Under the pieces are notes generated by a model. The model was not told the origin of the DNA, made no database searches, and saw only the letters and a program-made list of their open reading frames with translations. From NCBI RefSeq assembly GCF_009914755.1, contig NC_060933.1: a stretch of 64,000 bases of DNA; one strand, written 5' to 3'. This document shows positions 52,304 to 64,000 of the stretch, one piece after another (positions within the stretch are counted from its first letter, which is position 1; each line of letters opens with the position of its first letter). This stretch comes from the human T2T-CHM13v2.0 reference genome, Homo sapiens. Position numbers and translations under genes: made by a program.

Positions 52304-55300
52304 CATTCTCAGAAACTTCCTTGTGATGTGTGTACTCAAGTAACAGAGTTGAACCTTCCTTTTGACAGAGCAGTTTTGAAGCACTCTTTTTGTAGAATCT
52401 GCAAGTGGATATTTTGATACCTTTGAGGATTTCGTTGGACACGGGATATCTTCATATAAAATCTAGACAGAAGCATTCTCAGAAACTTCTTTGTGCTGTA
52501 TGTCCTCAATTAACAGAGTTGAACCTTTGTGTGGATACAGCATTTTGGAAACATTCCTTTAGTAGAATCTGCAAGTTGATATTTAGATAGCTAGGAAGAT
52601 TTCCTTGGAAACGGGAATATCTTCATATAAAATCTACACGGAAGCATTCTCAGAAAGTGCTTTGTGATGTTTGCATTCAAGTCACAGAGTTGAATATTCC
52701 GTTTTATAGAGCAGGTTTGAAACACTCTTTCTGCACTACCTGGAAGTGGACATTTGGAGTGCTTTGAGGCCTATGTTGAAAAAGTAAATATCTTCCCATA
52801 AAAACTAGACAGAAGCATTCTCAGAAACTTGTTTGTGATGTGTGTATTCAACTAACAGAGATGAACCTTTCTTTTTACAGAGCAGTTTTGAAACACTCTT
52901 TTTGTGGAATCTGAAAGTGGATATTTGGATAGCTTTGAGGATTTCGTTGGAAACGGGATTACATATAAAACCTAGAGAGAAGCATTCTCAGGAACTTCTT
53001 TGTGATGTTTGCATTCAAGTCACAGAATTGAACATTCCCTTTCATAGAGCAGGTTTGAAACACTCTTTCTGTAGTATCTGCAAGCTGACGTTTCAAGCGC
53101 TTTCAGGCCTATGGTGAGAAAGGAAATATCTTCAAGTAAAAACTAGACAGAAGCATTCTCAGAAACTTATTTGCCATGTGTATTCTCAACTAACAGAGTT
53201 GAACCTTTGTTTTGATATGGCTTTTTGGAAACACTCTTTTTGTAGAATCTGCAGGTGGATATTCGGATAGCTTTGAAGGTTTCGTTGGAAACGGGAATAT
53301 CTTCATATAAAATCTAGACGGAAGCATTCTCAGAAACTGCTTTGTGATGTTTTCATTCAAGTCACAGAGTAGAATGTTCCCTGTTATATACCAGGTTTGA
53401 GACACTCTTTCTGCACTACCTGGAAGTGGACGTTTGGAGCGCTTTGAGGCCTATGTTGAAAAAGGAAATATCTTCCCATAAAAACTAGACAGAAGCATTC
53501 TCAGAAACTTGTTTGTGATGTGTGTATTCAACTAACAGAGATGAACCTTTCTTTTTACAGAGCAGTTTTGAAACACTCTTTTTGTGGAATCTGAAAGTGG
53601 ATATTTGGATAGCTTGGAGGATTTCGTTGGAAACGGGATTACATATAAAACCTAGAGAGAAGCATTCTCAGGAACTTCTTTGTGATGTTTGCATTCAAGT
53701 CACAGAACTGAACATTCCCTTTCATAGAGCAGGTTTGAAACACTCTTTCTGTAGTATCTGCAAGCTGACGTTTCAAGCGCTTTCAGGCCTATGGTGAGAA
53801 AGGAAATATCTTCAAGTAAAAACTAGACAGAAGCATTCTCAGAAACTTATTTGCCATGTGTGTTCTCAACTAACAGAGTTGAACCTTTGTTTTGATATGG
53901 CATTTTGGAAACACTCTTTTTGTAGAATCTGCAGGTGGATATTCGGATAGCTTTGAAGGTTTCGTTGGAAACGGGAATATCTTCATATAAAATCTAGACG
54001 GAAGCATTCTCAGAAACTGCTTTGTGATGTTTTCATTCAAGTCACAGAGTAGAATGTTCCCTGTTATATACCAGGTTTGAGACACTCTTTCTGCACTACC
54101 TGGAAGTGGACATTTGCAGCGCTTTGAGGCCTATGATGAAAAAGGAAATATCTTCCCATAAAAACTAGACAGAAGCATTCTCAGAAACTTGTTTGTGATG
54201 TGTGTATTCAACTAACAGAGATGAACCTTTCTTTTTACAGAGCAGTTTTGAAACACTCTTTTTGTGGAATCTGAAAGTGGATATTTGGATAGCTTTGAGG
54301 ATTTCGTTGGAAACGGGATTACATATAAAATCTAGAGAGAAGCATTCTCAGGAACTTCTTTGTGATGTTTGCATTCACGTCACAGAACTGAACATTCCCT
54401 TTCATAGAGCATGTTTGAAACACTCTTTCTGTAGTATCTGCAAACGGACATTTCAAACGCTTTCAGGCCTATGGTGAGAAAGGAAATATCTTCAAATAAA
54501 AACTAGACAGAAGCATTCTCAGAAACTTATTTGCGATGTGTGTCCTCAACTAACAGAGTTGAACCTTTCTTTTGATACAACATTTTGGAAACACTCTTTT
54601 TGTAGAATCTGCAAGTGGATATTTGAATAGCTTTGAAGGTTTCGTTGGAAACGGGAATATCTTCATATAAAATCAAGACAGAAGCATTCTCAGAAACTTC
54701 TCTGTGATGTTTGCATTCAACTCATAGAGTTGAACACTTCCCTTCATACAGCAGGATTGAAACACTTTTTTGTAATATTTGGAAGTGGACATTTTCAGCG
54801 CTTTGAGGCCTATGATGAAAAAGGAAATATCTTTCCATAAAAACTAGACAGAAGCATTCTCAGAAACTTGTTTGTGATGTGTGTATTCAGCTAACAGAGA
54901 TGAACCTTTCTTTTTACAGAGCAGTTTTGAAACACTCTTTTTGTGGAATCTGAAAGTGGATATTTGGATAGCTTTGCGGATTTCGTTGGAAACGGGATTA
55001 CATATAAAATCTAGGGAGAAGCATTCTCAGGAACTTCTTTGTGATGTTTGCATTCAAGTCACAGAACTGAACATTCCCTTTCATAGAGCATGTTTGAAAC
55101 ACTCTTTCTGTAGTATCTGCAAGCGGACGTTTTAAGCGTTTTCAGGCCTGTGGTGAGATAGGAAATATCTTCAAATAAAAACTAGACAGAAGCATTCTCA
55201 GAAACTTATTTGCGATGTGTGTCCTCAACTAACAGAGTTGAACCTTTCTTTTGATACAACATTTTGGAAACACTCTTTTTGTAGAATCTGCAAGTGGATA

Positions 55301-55534
55301 TTTGGATAGCTTTGAAGGTTTCGTTGGAAACGGGAATATCTTCATATGAAATCAAGACAGAAGCATTCTCAGAAACTTCTCTGTGATGTTTGCATTCAAC
55401 TCATAGAGTTGAACACTTCCCTTCATACAGCAGGTTTGAAACACTCTTTTTCTAATATTTGGAAGTGGACATTTGCAGCGCTTTGAGGCCTATGTTGAAA
55501 AAGGAAATATCTTCTCCTAAAAACCAGACAGAAG
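52304..55534 (+). repeat. 19-mer HOR with a 1-bp deletion (3231 bp)
   Basis: Marker spacing 52405->55636 = 3231. AACACTTTTTTGT near 54765 lacks one base. Confidence 0.93.
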
Positions 55535-58086
55535 CATTCTCAGAAACTTCCTTGTGATGTGTGTACTCAAGTAACAGAGTTGAACCTTCCTTTTGACAGA
55601 GCAGTTTTGAAGCACTCTTTTTGTAGAATCTGCAAGTGGATATTTTGATACCTTTGAGGATTTCGTTGGACACGGGATATCTTCATATAAAATCTAGACA
55701 GAAGCATTCTCAGAAACTTCTTTGTGCTGTATGTCCTCAATTAACAGAGTTGAACCTTTGTGTGGATACAGCATTTTGGAAACATTCCTTTAGTAGAATC
55801 TGCAAGTTGATATTTAGATAGCTAGGAAGATTTCCTTGGAAACGGGAATATCTTCATATAAAATCTAGACGGAAGCATTCTCAGAAAGTGCTTTGTGATG
55901 TTTGCATTCAAGTCACAGAGTTGAATATTCCCTTTTATAGAGCAGGTTTGAAACACTCTTTCTGCACTACCTGGAAGTGGACATTTGGAGCGCTTTGAGG
56001 CCTATGTTGAAAAAGGAAATATCTTCCCATAAAAACTAGACAGAAGCATTCTCAGAAACTTGTTTGTGATGTGTGTATTCAACTAACAGAGATGAACCTT
56101 TCTTTTTACAGAGCAGTTTTGAAACACTCTTTTTGTGGAATCTGAAAGTGGATATTTGGATAGCTTTGAGGATTTCGTTGGAAACGGGATTACATATAAA
56201 ACCTAGAGAGAAGCATTCTCAGGAACTTCTTTGTGATGTTTGCATTCAAGTCACAGAACTGAACATTCCCTTTCATAGAGCAGGTTTGAAACACTCTTTC
56301 TGTAGTATCTGCAAGGTGACGTTTCAAGCGCTTTCAGGCCTATGGTGAGAAAGGATATATCTTCAAGTAAAAACTAGAGAGAAGCATTCTCAGAAACTTA
56401 TTTGCGATGTGTGTTCTCAACTAACAGAGTTGAACCTTTGTTTTGATATGGCATTTTGGATACACTCTTTTTGTAGAATCTGCAGGTGGATATTCGGATA
56501 GCTTTGAAGGTTTCGTTGGAAACGGGAATATCTTCATATAAAATCTAGACGGAAGCATTCTCAGAAACTGCTTTGTGATGTTTTCATTCAAGTCACAGAG
56601 TAGAATGTTCCCTGTTATATACCAGGTTTGAGACACTCTTTCTGCACTACCTGGAAGTGGACATTTGCAGCGCTTTGAGGCCTATGATGAAAAAGGAAAT
56701 ATCTTCCCATAAAAACTAGACAGAAGCATTCTCAGAAACTTGTTTGTGATGTGTGTATTCAACTAACAGAGATGAACCTTTCTTTTTACAGAGCAGTTTT
56801 GAAACACTCTTTTTGTGGAATCTGAAAGTGGATATTTGGATAGCTTTGAGGATTTCGTTGGAAACGGGATTACATATAAAATCTAGAGAGAAGCATTCTC
56901 AGGAACTTCTTTGTGATGTTTGCATTCACGTCACAGAACTGAACATTCCCTTTCATAGAGCATGTTTGAAACACTCTTTCTGTAGTATCTGCAAACGGAC
57001 ATTTCAAACGCTTTCAGGCCTATGGTGAGAAAGGAAATATCTTCAAATACAAACTAGACAGAAGCATTCTCAGCAACTTATTTGCGATGTGTGTCCTCAA
57101 CTAACAGAGTTGAACCTTTCTTTTGATACAACATTTTGGAAACACTCTTTTTGTAGAATCTGCAAGTGGATATTTGAATAGCTTTGAAGGTTTCGTTGGA
57201 AACGGGAATATCTTCATATAAAATCAAGACAGAAGCATTCTCAGAAACTTCTCTGTGATGTTTGCATTCACCTCATAGAGTTGAACACTTCCCTTCATAA
57301 AGCAGGATTGAAACACTCTTTTTGTAATATTTGGAAGTGGACATTTTCAGCGCTTTGAGGCCTATGATGAAAAAGGTAATATCTTCCCATAAAAACTAGA
57401 CAGAAGCATTCTCAGAAACTTGTTTGTGATGTGTGTATTCAACTAACAGAGATGAACCTTTCTTTTTACAGAGCAGTTTTGAAACACTCTTTTTGTGGAA
57501 TCTGAAAGTGGATATTTGGATAGCTTTGCGGATTTCGTTGGAAACGGGGTTACATATAAAATCTAGGGAGAAGCATTCTCAGGAACTTCTTTGTGATGTT
57601 TGCATTCAAGTCACAGAACTGAACATTCCCTTTCATAGAGCATGTTTGAAACACTCTTTCTGTAGTATCTGCAAGCGGACGTTTTAAGCGCTTTCAGGCC
57701 TGTGGTGAGAAAGGAAATATCTTCAAATAAAAACTAGACAGAAGCATTCTCAGAAACTTATTTGCGATGTGTGTCCTCAACTAACAGAGTTGAACCTTTC
57801 TTTTGATACAACATTTTGGAAACACTCTTTTTGTAGAATCTGCAAGTGGATATTTGGATAGCTTTGAAGGTTTCGTTGGAAACGGGAATATCTTCATATG
57901 AAATCAAGACAGAAGCATTCTCAGAAACTTCTCTGTGATGTCTGCATTCAACTCATAGAGTTGAACACTTCCCTTCATACAGCAGGTTTGAAACACTCTT
58001 TTTCTAATATTTGGAAGTGGACATTTGCAGCGCTTTGAGGCCTATGTTGAAAAAGGAAATATCTTCTCCTAAAAACCAGACAGAAG
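55535..58086 (+). repeat. 15-mer HOR variant
   Basis: Marker spacing 55636->58188 = 2552. Confidence 0.95.
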
Positions 58087-59958
58087 CATTCTCAGAAACT
58101 TCCTTGTGATGTGTGTACTCAAGTAACAGCGTTGAACCTTCCTTTTGACAGAGCAGTTTTGAAGCACTCTTTTTGTAGAATCTGCAAGTGGATATTTTGA
58201 TACCTTTGAGGATTTCGTTGGACACGGGATATCTTCATATAAAATCTAGACAGAAGCATTCTCAGAAACTTCTTTGTGCTGTATGTCCTCAATTAACAGA
58301 GTTGAACCTTTGTGTGGATACAGCATTTTGGAAACATTCCTTTAGTAGAATCTGCAAGTTGATATTTAGATAGCTAGGAAGATTTCCTTGGAAACGGGAA
58401 TATCTTCATATAAAATCTAGACGGAAGCATTCTCAGAAAGTGCTTTGTGATGTTTGCATTCAAGTCACAGAGTTGAATATTCCCTTTTATAGAGCAGGTT
58501 TGAAACACTCTTTCTGCACTACCTGGAAGTGGACATTTGGAGCGCTTTGAGGCCTATGTTGAAAAAGGAAATATCTTCCCATAAAAACTAGACAGAAGCA
58601 TTCTCAGAAACTTGTTTGTGATGTGTGTATTCAACTAACAGAGATGAACCTTTCTTTTTACAGAGCAGTTTTGAAACACTCTTTTTGTGGAATCTGAAAG
58701 TGGATATTTGGATAGCTTTGAGGATTTCGTTGGAAACGGGATTACATATAAAACCTAGAGAGAAGCATTCTCAGGAACTTCTTTGTGATGTTTGCATTCA
58801 AGTCACAGAACTGAACATTCCCTTTCATAGAGCAGGTTTGAAACACTCTTTCTGTAGTATCTGCAAGCTGACGTTTCAAGCGCTTTCAGGCCTATGGTGA
58901 GAAAGGAAATATCTTCAAGTAAAAACTAGACAGAAGCATTCTCAGAAACTTATTTGCGATGTGTGTTCTCAACTAACAGAGTTGAACCTTTGTTTTGATA
59001 TGGCATTTTGGAAACACTCTTTTTGTAGAATCTGCAGGTGGATATTCGGATAGCTTTGAAGGTTTCGTTGGAAACGGGAATATCTTCATATAAAATCTAG
59101 ACGGAAGCATTCTCAGAAACTGCTTTGTGATGTTTTCATTCAAGTCACAGAGTAGAATGTTCCCTGTTATATACCAGGTTTGAGACACTCTTTCTGCACT
59201 ACCTGGAAGTGGACATTTGCAGCGCTTTGAGGCCTATGATGAAAAAGGAAATATCTTCCCATAAAAACTAGACAGAAGCATTCTCAGAAACTTGTTTGTG
59301 ATGTTTGTATTCAACTAACAGAGATGAACCTTTCTTTTTACAGAGCAGTTTTGAAACACTCTTTTTGTGGAATCTGAAAGTGGATATTTGGATAGCTTTG
59401 AGGATTTCGTTGGAAACGGGATTACATATAAAATCTAGAGAGAAGCATTCTCAGGAACTTCTTTGTGATGTTTGCATTCACGTCACAGAACTGAACATTC
59501 CCTTTCATAGAGCATGTTTGAAACACTCTTTCTGTAGTATCTGCAAACGGACATTTCAAACGCTTTCAGGCCTATGGTGAGAAAGGAAATATCTTCAAAT
59601 AAAAACTAGACAGAAGCATTCTCAGAAACTTATTTGCGATGTGTGTCCTCAACTAACAGAGTTGAACCTTTCTTTTGATACAACATTTTGGAAACACTCT
59701 TTTTGTAGAATCTGCAAGTGGATATTTGAATAGCTTTGAAGGTTTCGTTGGAAACGGGAATATCTTCATATAAAATCAAGACAGAAGCATTCTCAGAAAC
59801 TTCTCTGTGATGTTTGCATTCAACTCATAGAGTTGAACACTTCCCTTCATACAGCAGGTTTGAAACACTCTTTTTCTAATATTTGGAAGTGGACATTTGC
59901 AGCGCTTTGAGGCCTATGTTGAAAAAGGAAATATCTTCTCCTAAAAACCAGACAGAAG
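58087..59958 (+). repeat. 11-mer HOR variant (consensus-type monomers)
   Basis: Marker spacing 58188->60060 = 1872. Confidence 0.94.
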
Positions 59959-62510
59959 CATTCTCAGAAACTTCCTTGTGATGTGTGTACTCAAGTAACA
60001 GAGTTGAACCTTCCTTTTGACAGAGCAGTTTTGAAGCACTCTTTTTGTAGAATCTGCAAGTGGATATTTTGATACCTTTGAGGATTTCGTTGGACACGGG
60101 ATATCTTCATATAAAATCTAGACAGAAGCATTCTCAGAAACTTCTTTGTGCTGTATGTCCTCAATTAACAGAGTTGAACCTTTGTGTGGATACAGCATTT
60201 TGGAAACATTCCTTTAGTAGAATCTGCAGGTGGATATTCGGATAGCTTTGAAGGTTTCGTTGGAAACGGGAATATCTTCATATAAAATCTAGACGGAAGC
60301 ATTCTCAGAAACTGCTTTGTGATGTTTTCATTCAAGTCACAGAGTAGAATGTTCCCTGTTATATACCAGGTTTGAGACACTCTTTCTGCACTACCTGGAA
60401 GTGGACGTTTGGAGCGCTTTGAGGCCTATGTTGAAAAAGGAAATATCTTCCCATAAAAACTAGACAGAAGCATTCTCAGAAACTTGTTTGTGATGTGTGT
60501 ATTCAACTAACAGAGATGAACCTTTCTTTTTACAGAGCAGTTTTGAAACACTCTTTTTGTGGAATCTGAAAGTGGATATTTGGATAGCTTTGAGGATTTC
60601 GTTGGAAACGGGATTACATATAAAACCTAGAGAGAAGCATTCTCAGGAACTTCTTTGTGATGTTTGCATTCAAGTCACAGAACTGAACATTCCCTTTCAT
60701 AGAGCAGGTTTGAAACACTCTTTCTGTAGTATCTGCAAGCTGACGTTTCAAGCGCTTTCAGGCCTATGGTGAGAAAGGAAATATCTTCAAGTAAAAACTA
60801 GACAGAAGCATTCTCAGAAACTTATTTGCGATGTGTGTTCTCAACTAACAGAGTTGAACCTTTGTTTTGATATGGCATTTTGGAAACACTCTTTTTGTAG
60901 AATCTGCAGGTGGATATTCGGATAGCTTTGAAGGTTTCGTTGGAAACGGGAATATCTTCATATAAAATCTAGACGGAAGCATTCTCAGAAACTGCTTTGT
61001 GATGTTTTCATTCAAGTCACAGAGTAGAATGTTCCCTGTTATATACCAGGTTTGAGACACTCTTTCTGCACTACCTGGAAGTGGACATTTGCAGCGCTTT
61101 GAGGCCTATGATGAAAAAGGAAATATCTTCCCATAAAAACTAGACAGAAGCATTCTCAGAAACTTGTTTGTGATGTGTGTATTCAACTAACAGAGATGAA
61201 ACTTTCTTTTTACAGAGCAGTTTTGAAACACTCTTTTTGTGGAATCTGAAAGTGGATATTTGGATAGCTTTGAGGATTTCGTTGGAAACGGGATTACATA
61301 TAAAATCTAGAGAGAAGCATTCTCAGGAACTTTTTTGTGATGTTTGCATTCACGTCACAGAACTGAACATTCCCTTTCATAGAGCATGTTTGAAACACTC
61401 TTTCTGTAGTATCTGCAAACGGACATTTCAAACGCTTTCAGGCCTATGGTGAGAAAGGAAATATCTTCAAATAAAAACTAGACAGAAGCATTCTCAGAAA
61501 CTTATTTGCGATGTGTGTCCTCAACTAACAGAGTTGAACCTTTCTTTTGATACAACATTTTGGAAACACTCTTTTTGTAGAATCTGCAAGTGGATATTTG
61601 AATAGCTTTGAAGGTTTCGTTGGAAACGGGAATATCTTCATATAAAATCAAGACAGAAGCATTCTCAGAAACTTCTCTGTGATGTTTGCATTCAACTCAT
61701 AGAGTTGAACACTTCCCTTCATACAGCAGGATTGAAACACTCTCTTTGTAATATTTGGAAGTGGACATTTTCAGCGCTTTGAGGCCTATGATGAAAAAGG
61801 AAATATCTTCCCATAAAAACTAGACAGAAGCATTCTCAGAAACTTGTTTGTGATGTGTGTATTCAACTAACAGAGATGAACCTTTCTTTTTACAGAGCAG
61901 TTTTGAAACACTCTTTTTGTGGAATCTGAAAGTGGATATTTGGATAGCTTTGCGGATTTCGTTGGAAACGGGATTACATATAAAATCTAGGGAGAAGCAT
62001 TCTCAGGAACTTCTTTGTGATGTTTGCATTCAAGTCACAGAACTGAACATTCCCTTTCATAGAGCATGTTTGAAACACTCTTTCTGTAGTATCTGCAAGC
62101 GGACGTTTTAAGCGCTTTCAGGCCTGTGGTGAGAAAGGAAATATCTTCAAATAAAAACTAGACAGAAGCATTCTCAGAAACTTATTTGCGATGTGTGTCC
62201 TCAACTAACAGAGTTGAACCTTTCTTTTGATACAACATTTTGGAAACACTCTTTTTGTAGAATCTGCAAGTGGATATTTGGATAGCTTTGAAGGTTTCGT
62301 TGGAAACGGGAATATCTTCATATGAAATCAAGACAGAAGCATTCTCAGAAACTTCTCTGTGATGTTTGCATTCAACTCATAGAGTTGAACACTTCCCTTC
62401 ATACAGCAGGTTTGAAACACTCTTTTTCTAATATTTGGAAGTGGACATTTGCAGCGCTTTGAGGCCTATGTTGAAAAAGGAAATATCTTCTCCTAAAAAC
62501 CAGACAGAAG
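59959..62510 (+). repeat. 15-mer HOR variant containing a chimeric monomer
   Basis: Marker spacing 60060->62612 = 2552. Hybrid CATTCCTTTAGTAGAATCTGCAGGTGGATATTCGG at about 60207-60241. Confidence 0.92.
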
Positions 62511-64000
62511 CATTCTCAGAAACTTCCTTGTGATGTGTGTACTCAAGTAACAGAGTTGAACCTTCCTTTTGACAGAGCAGTTTTGAAGCACTCTTTTTGT
62601 AGAATCTGCAAGTGGATATTTTGATACCTTTGAGGATTTCGTTGGACACGGGATATCTTCATATAAAATCTAGACAGAAGCATTCTCAGAAACTTCTTTG
62701 TGCTGTATGTCCTCAATTAACAGAGTTGAACCTTTGTGTGGATACAGCATTTTGGAAACATTCCTTTAGTAGAATCTGCAAGTTGATATTTAGATAGCTA
62801 GGAAGATTTCCTTGGAAACGGGAATATCTTCATATAAAATCTAGACGGAAGCATTCTCAGAAAGTGCTTTGTGATGTTTGCATTCAAGTCACAGAGTTGA
62901 ATATTCCCTTTTATAGAGCAGGTTTGAAACACTCTTTCTGCACTACCTGGAAGTGGACATTTGGAGCGCTTTGAGGCCTATGTTGAAAAAGGAAATATCT
63001 TCCCATAAAAACTAGACAGAAGCATTCTCAGAAACTTGTTTGTGATGTGTGTATTCAACTAACAGAGATGAACCTTTCTTTTTACAGAGCAGTTTTGAAA
63101 CACTCTTTTTGTGGAATCTGAAAGTGGATATTTGGATAGCTTTGAGGATTTCGTTGGAAACGGGATTACATATAAAACCTAGAGAGAAGCATTCTCAGGA
63201 ACTTCTTTGTGATGTTTGCATTCAAGTCACAGAACTGAACATTCCCTTTCATAGAGCAGGTTTGAAACACTCTTTCTGTGGTATCTGCAAGCTGACGTTT
63301 CAAGCGCTTTCAGGCCTATGGTGAGAAAGGAAATATCTTCAAGTAAAAACTAGACAGAAGCATTCTCAGAAACTTATTTGCCATGTGTGTTCTCAACTAA
63401 CAGAGTTGAACCTTTGTTTTGATACGGCATTTTGGAAACACTCTTTTGTAGAATCTGCAGGTGGATATTCGGATAGCTTTGAAGGTTTCGTTGGAAACGG
63501 GAATATCTTCATATAAAATCTAGACGGAAGCATTCTCAGAAACTGCTTTGTGATGTTTTCATTCAAGTCACAGAGTAGAATGTTCCCTGTTATATACCAG
63601 GTTTGAGACACTCTTTCTGCACTACCTGGAAGTGGATGTTTGGAGCGCTTTGAGGCCTATGTTGAAAAAGGAAATATCTTCCCATAAAAACTAGACAGAA
63701 GCATTCTCAGAAACTTGTTTGTGATGTGTGTATTCAACTAACAGAGATGAACCTTTCTTTTTACAGAGCAGTTTTGAAACACTCTTTTTGTGGAATCTGA
63801 AAGTGGATATTTGGATAGCTTTGAGGATTTCGTTGGAAACGGGATTACATATAAAACCTAGAGAGAAGCATTCTCAGGAACTTCTTTGTGATGTTTGCAT
63901 TCAAGTCACAGAACTGAACATTCCCTTTCATAGAGCAGGTTTGAAACACTCTTTCTGTAGTATCTGCAAGCTGACGTTTCAAGCGCTTTCAGGCCTATGG

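Larger units (their letters stand above)
1..64000 (+). repeat. Centromeric alpha-satellite (alphoid) higher-order repeat array, dimeric A/B organisation, homogeneous active-type array
   Basis: ~170-bp tandem monomers with the alphoid hallmark CATTCTCAGAAACTT..TGTGATG..CAACT.ACAGAGTTGAAC. CENP-B box TTTCGTTGGAAACGGGA in about every second monomer. HOR copies are near-identical. No interruption seen. Confidence 0.99.
1..64000 (+). repeat. D4Z1: Probable human chromosome 4 active HOR array D4Z1 (S2C4H1L, SF2)
   Basis: The longest HOR unit is 19 monomers / 3232 bp with 15-mer (2.55 kb) variants, matching my recollection of the D4Z1 3.2-kb 19-mer. The related chr9 D9Z4 array is the main alternative. 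Not confirmed by alignment. Confidence 0.72.

Noticed and set aside
26645-54895. Shared TATTCAGCTAAC allele at about 26651 and 54890
   Set aside because: It is a single base in different tetramer types (T1 vs T4) with no linked shared alleles, so recurrent mutation is a sufficient explanation.
57533-57549. CENP-B box variant TTTCGTTGGAAACGGGG
   Set aside because: The change is at the last, non-essential position, so binding is predicted to be retained.
52304-59958. A 19-15-11 series (7,655 bp) resembling the 7,656-bp duplicated unit
   Set aside because: It lacks the diagnostic variants and the diverged cassette. The length match follows from the 680-bp quantisation.
503-63611. About 170 short ORFs (61-91 aa) recurring on both strands (MYSTNRDEPFF…, MDILIPLR…, MSNEILKG…, MSQTWYIT…)
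   Set aside because: They are chance open frames in alpha satellite that recur with the repeat period. Many begin at GTG or TTG, they overlap CENP-B boxes, they resemble no protein family I recognise, and some copies are broken by stops (e.g. near 29988 and 42784). I used them only as positional markers.
1-64000. CRISPR-like look of a conserved motif (AGACAGAAGCATTCTCAGAAAC) at regular spacing
   Set aside because: The intervening sequences are homologous repeat monomers, not unique spacers. The period is 170 bp and there are no cas genes.
1-64000. Possible transposon insertion, inversion or non-alphoid island
   Set aside because: None was seen. Marker spacings account for all of the length, and every monomer is in the same orientation.

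Overview
The whole 64 kb window is one uninterrupted, head-to-tail array of primate (almost certainly human) centromeric alpha-satellite DNA, about 376 monomers of ~170 bp in a single orientation. I saw no genes, transposons or inversions. Monomers alternate between CENP-B-box and pJ-alpha-box types, as in the dimeric suprachromosomal families. Higher-order repeats (HORs) follow the rule 512 bp (3 monomers) + n x 680 bp (4 monomers), giving 19-mers (3232 bp), 15-mers (2552/2551 bp) and 11-mers (1872 bp). This best fits the active chromosome 4 array D4Z1 (SF2; recalled, not verified here). HOR order from position 586 is 15-15-15-19-15-11-15-15-15-15-19-15-11-19-15-11-15-19-19-11-19-15-11-15-partial. 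All listed ORFs are by-products of the repeat. I found no new gene system. The interest lies in array architecture: nested 17,863-bp and 7,656-bp tandem duplications, a diverged cassette present three times that has lost a CENP-B box, a chimeric monomer that restores a dead box position, probable gene-conversion patches, and a haplotype switch near 43-46 kb.
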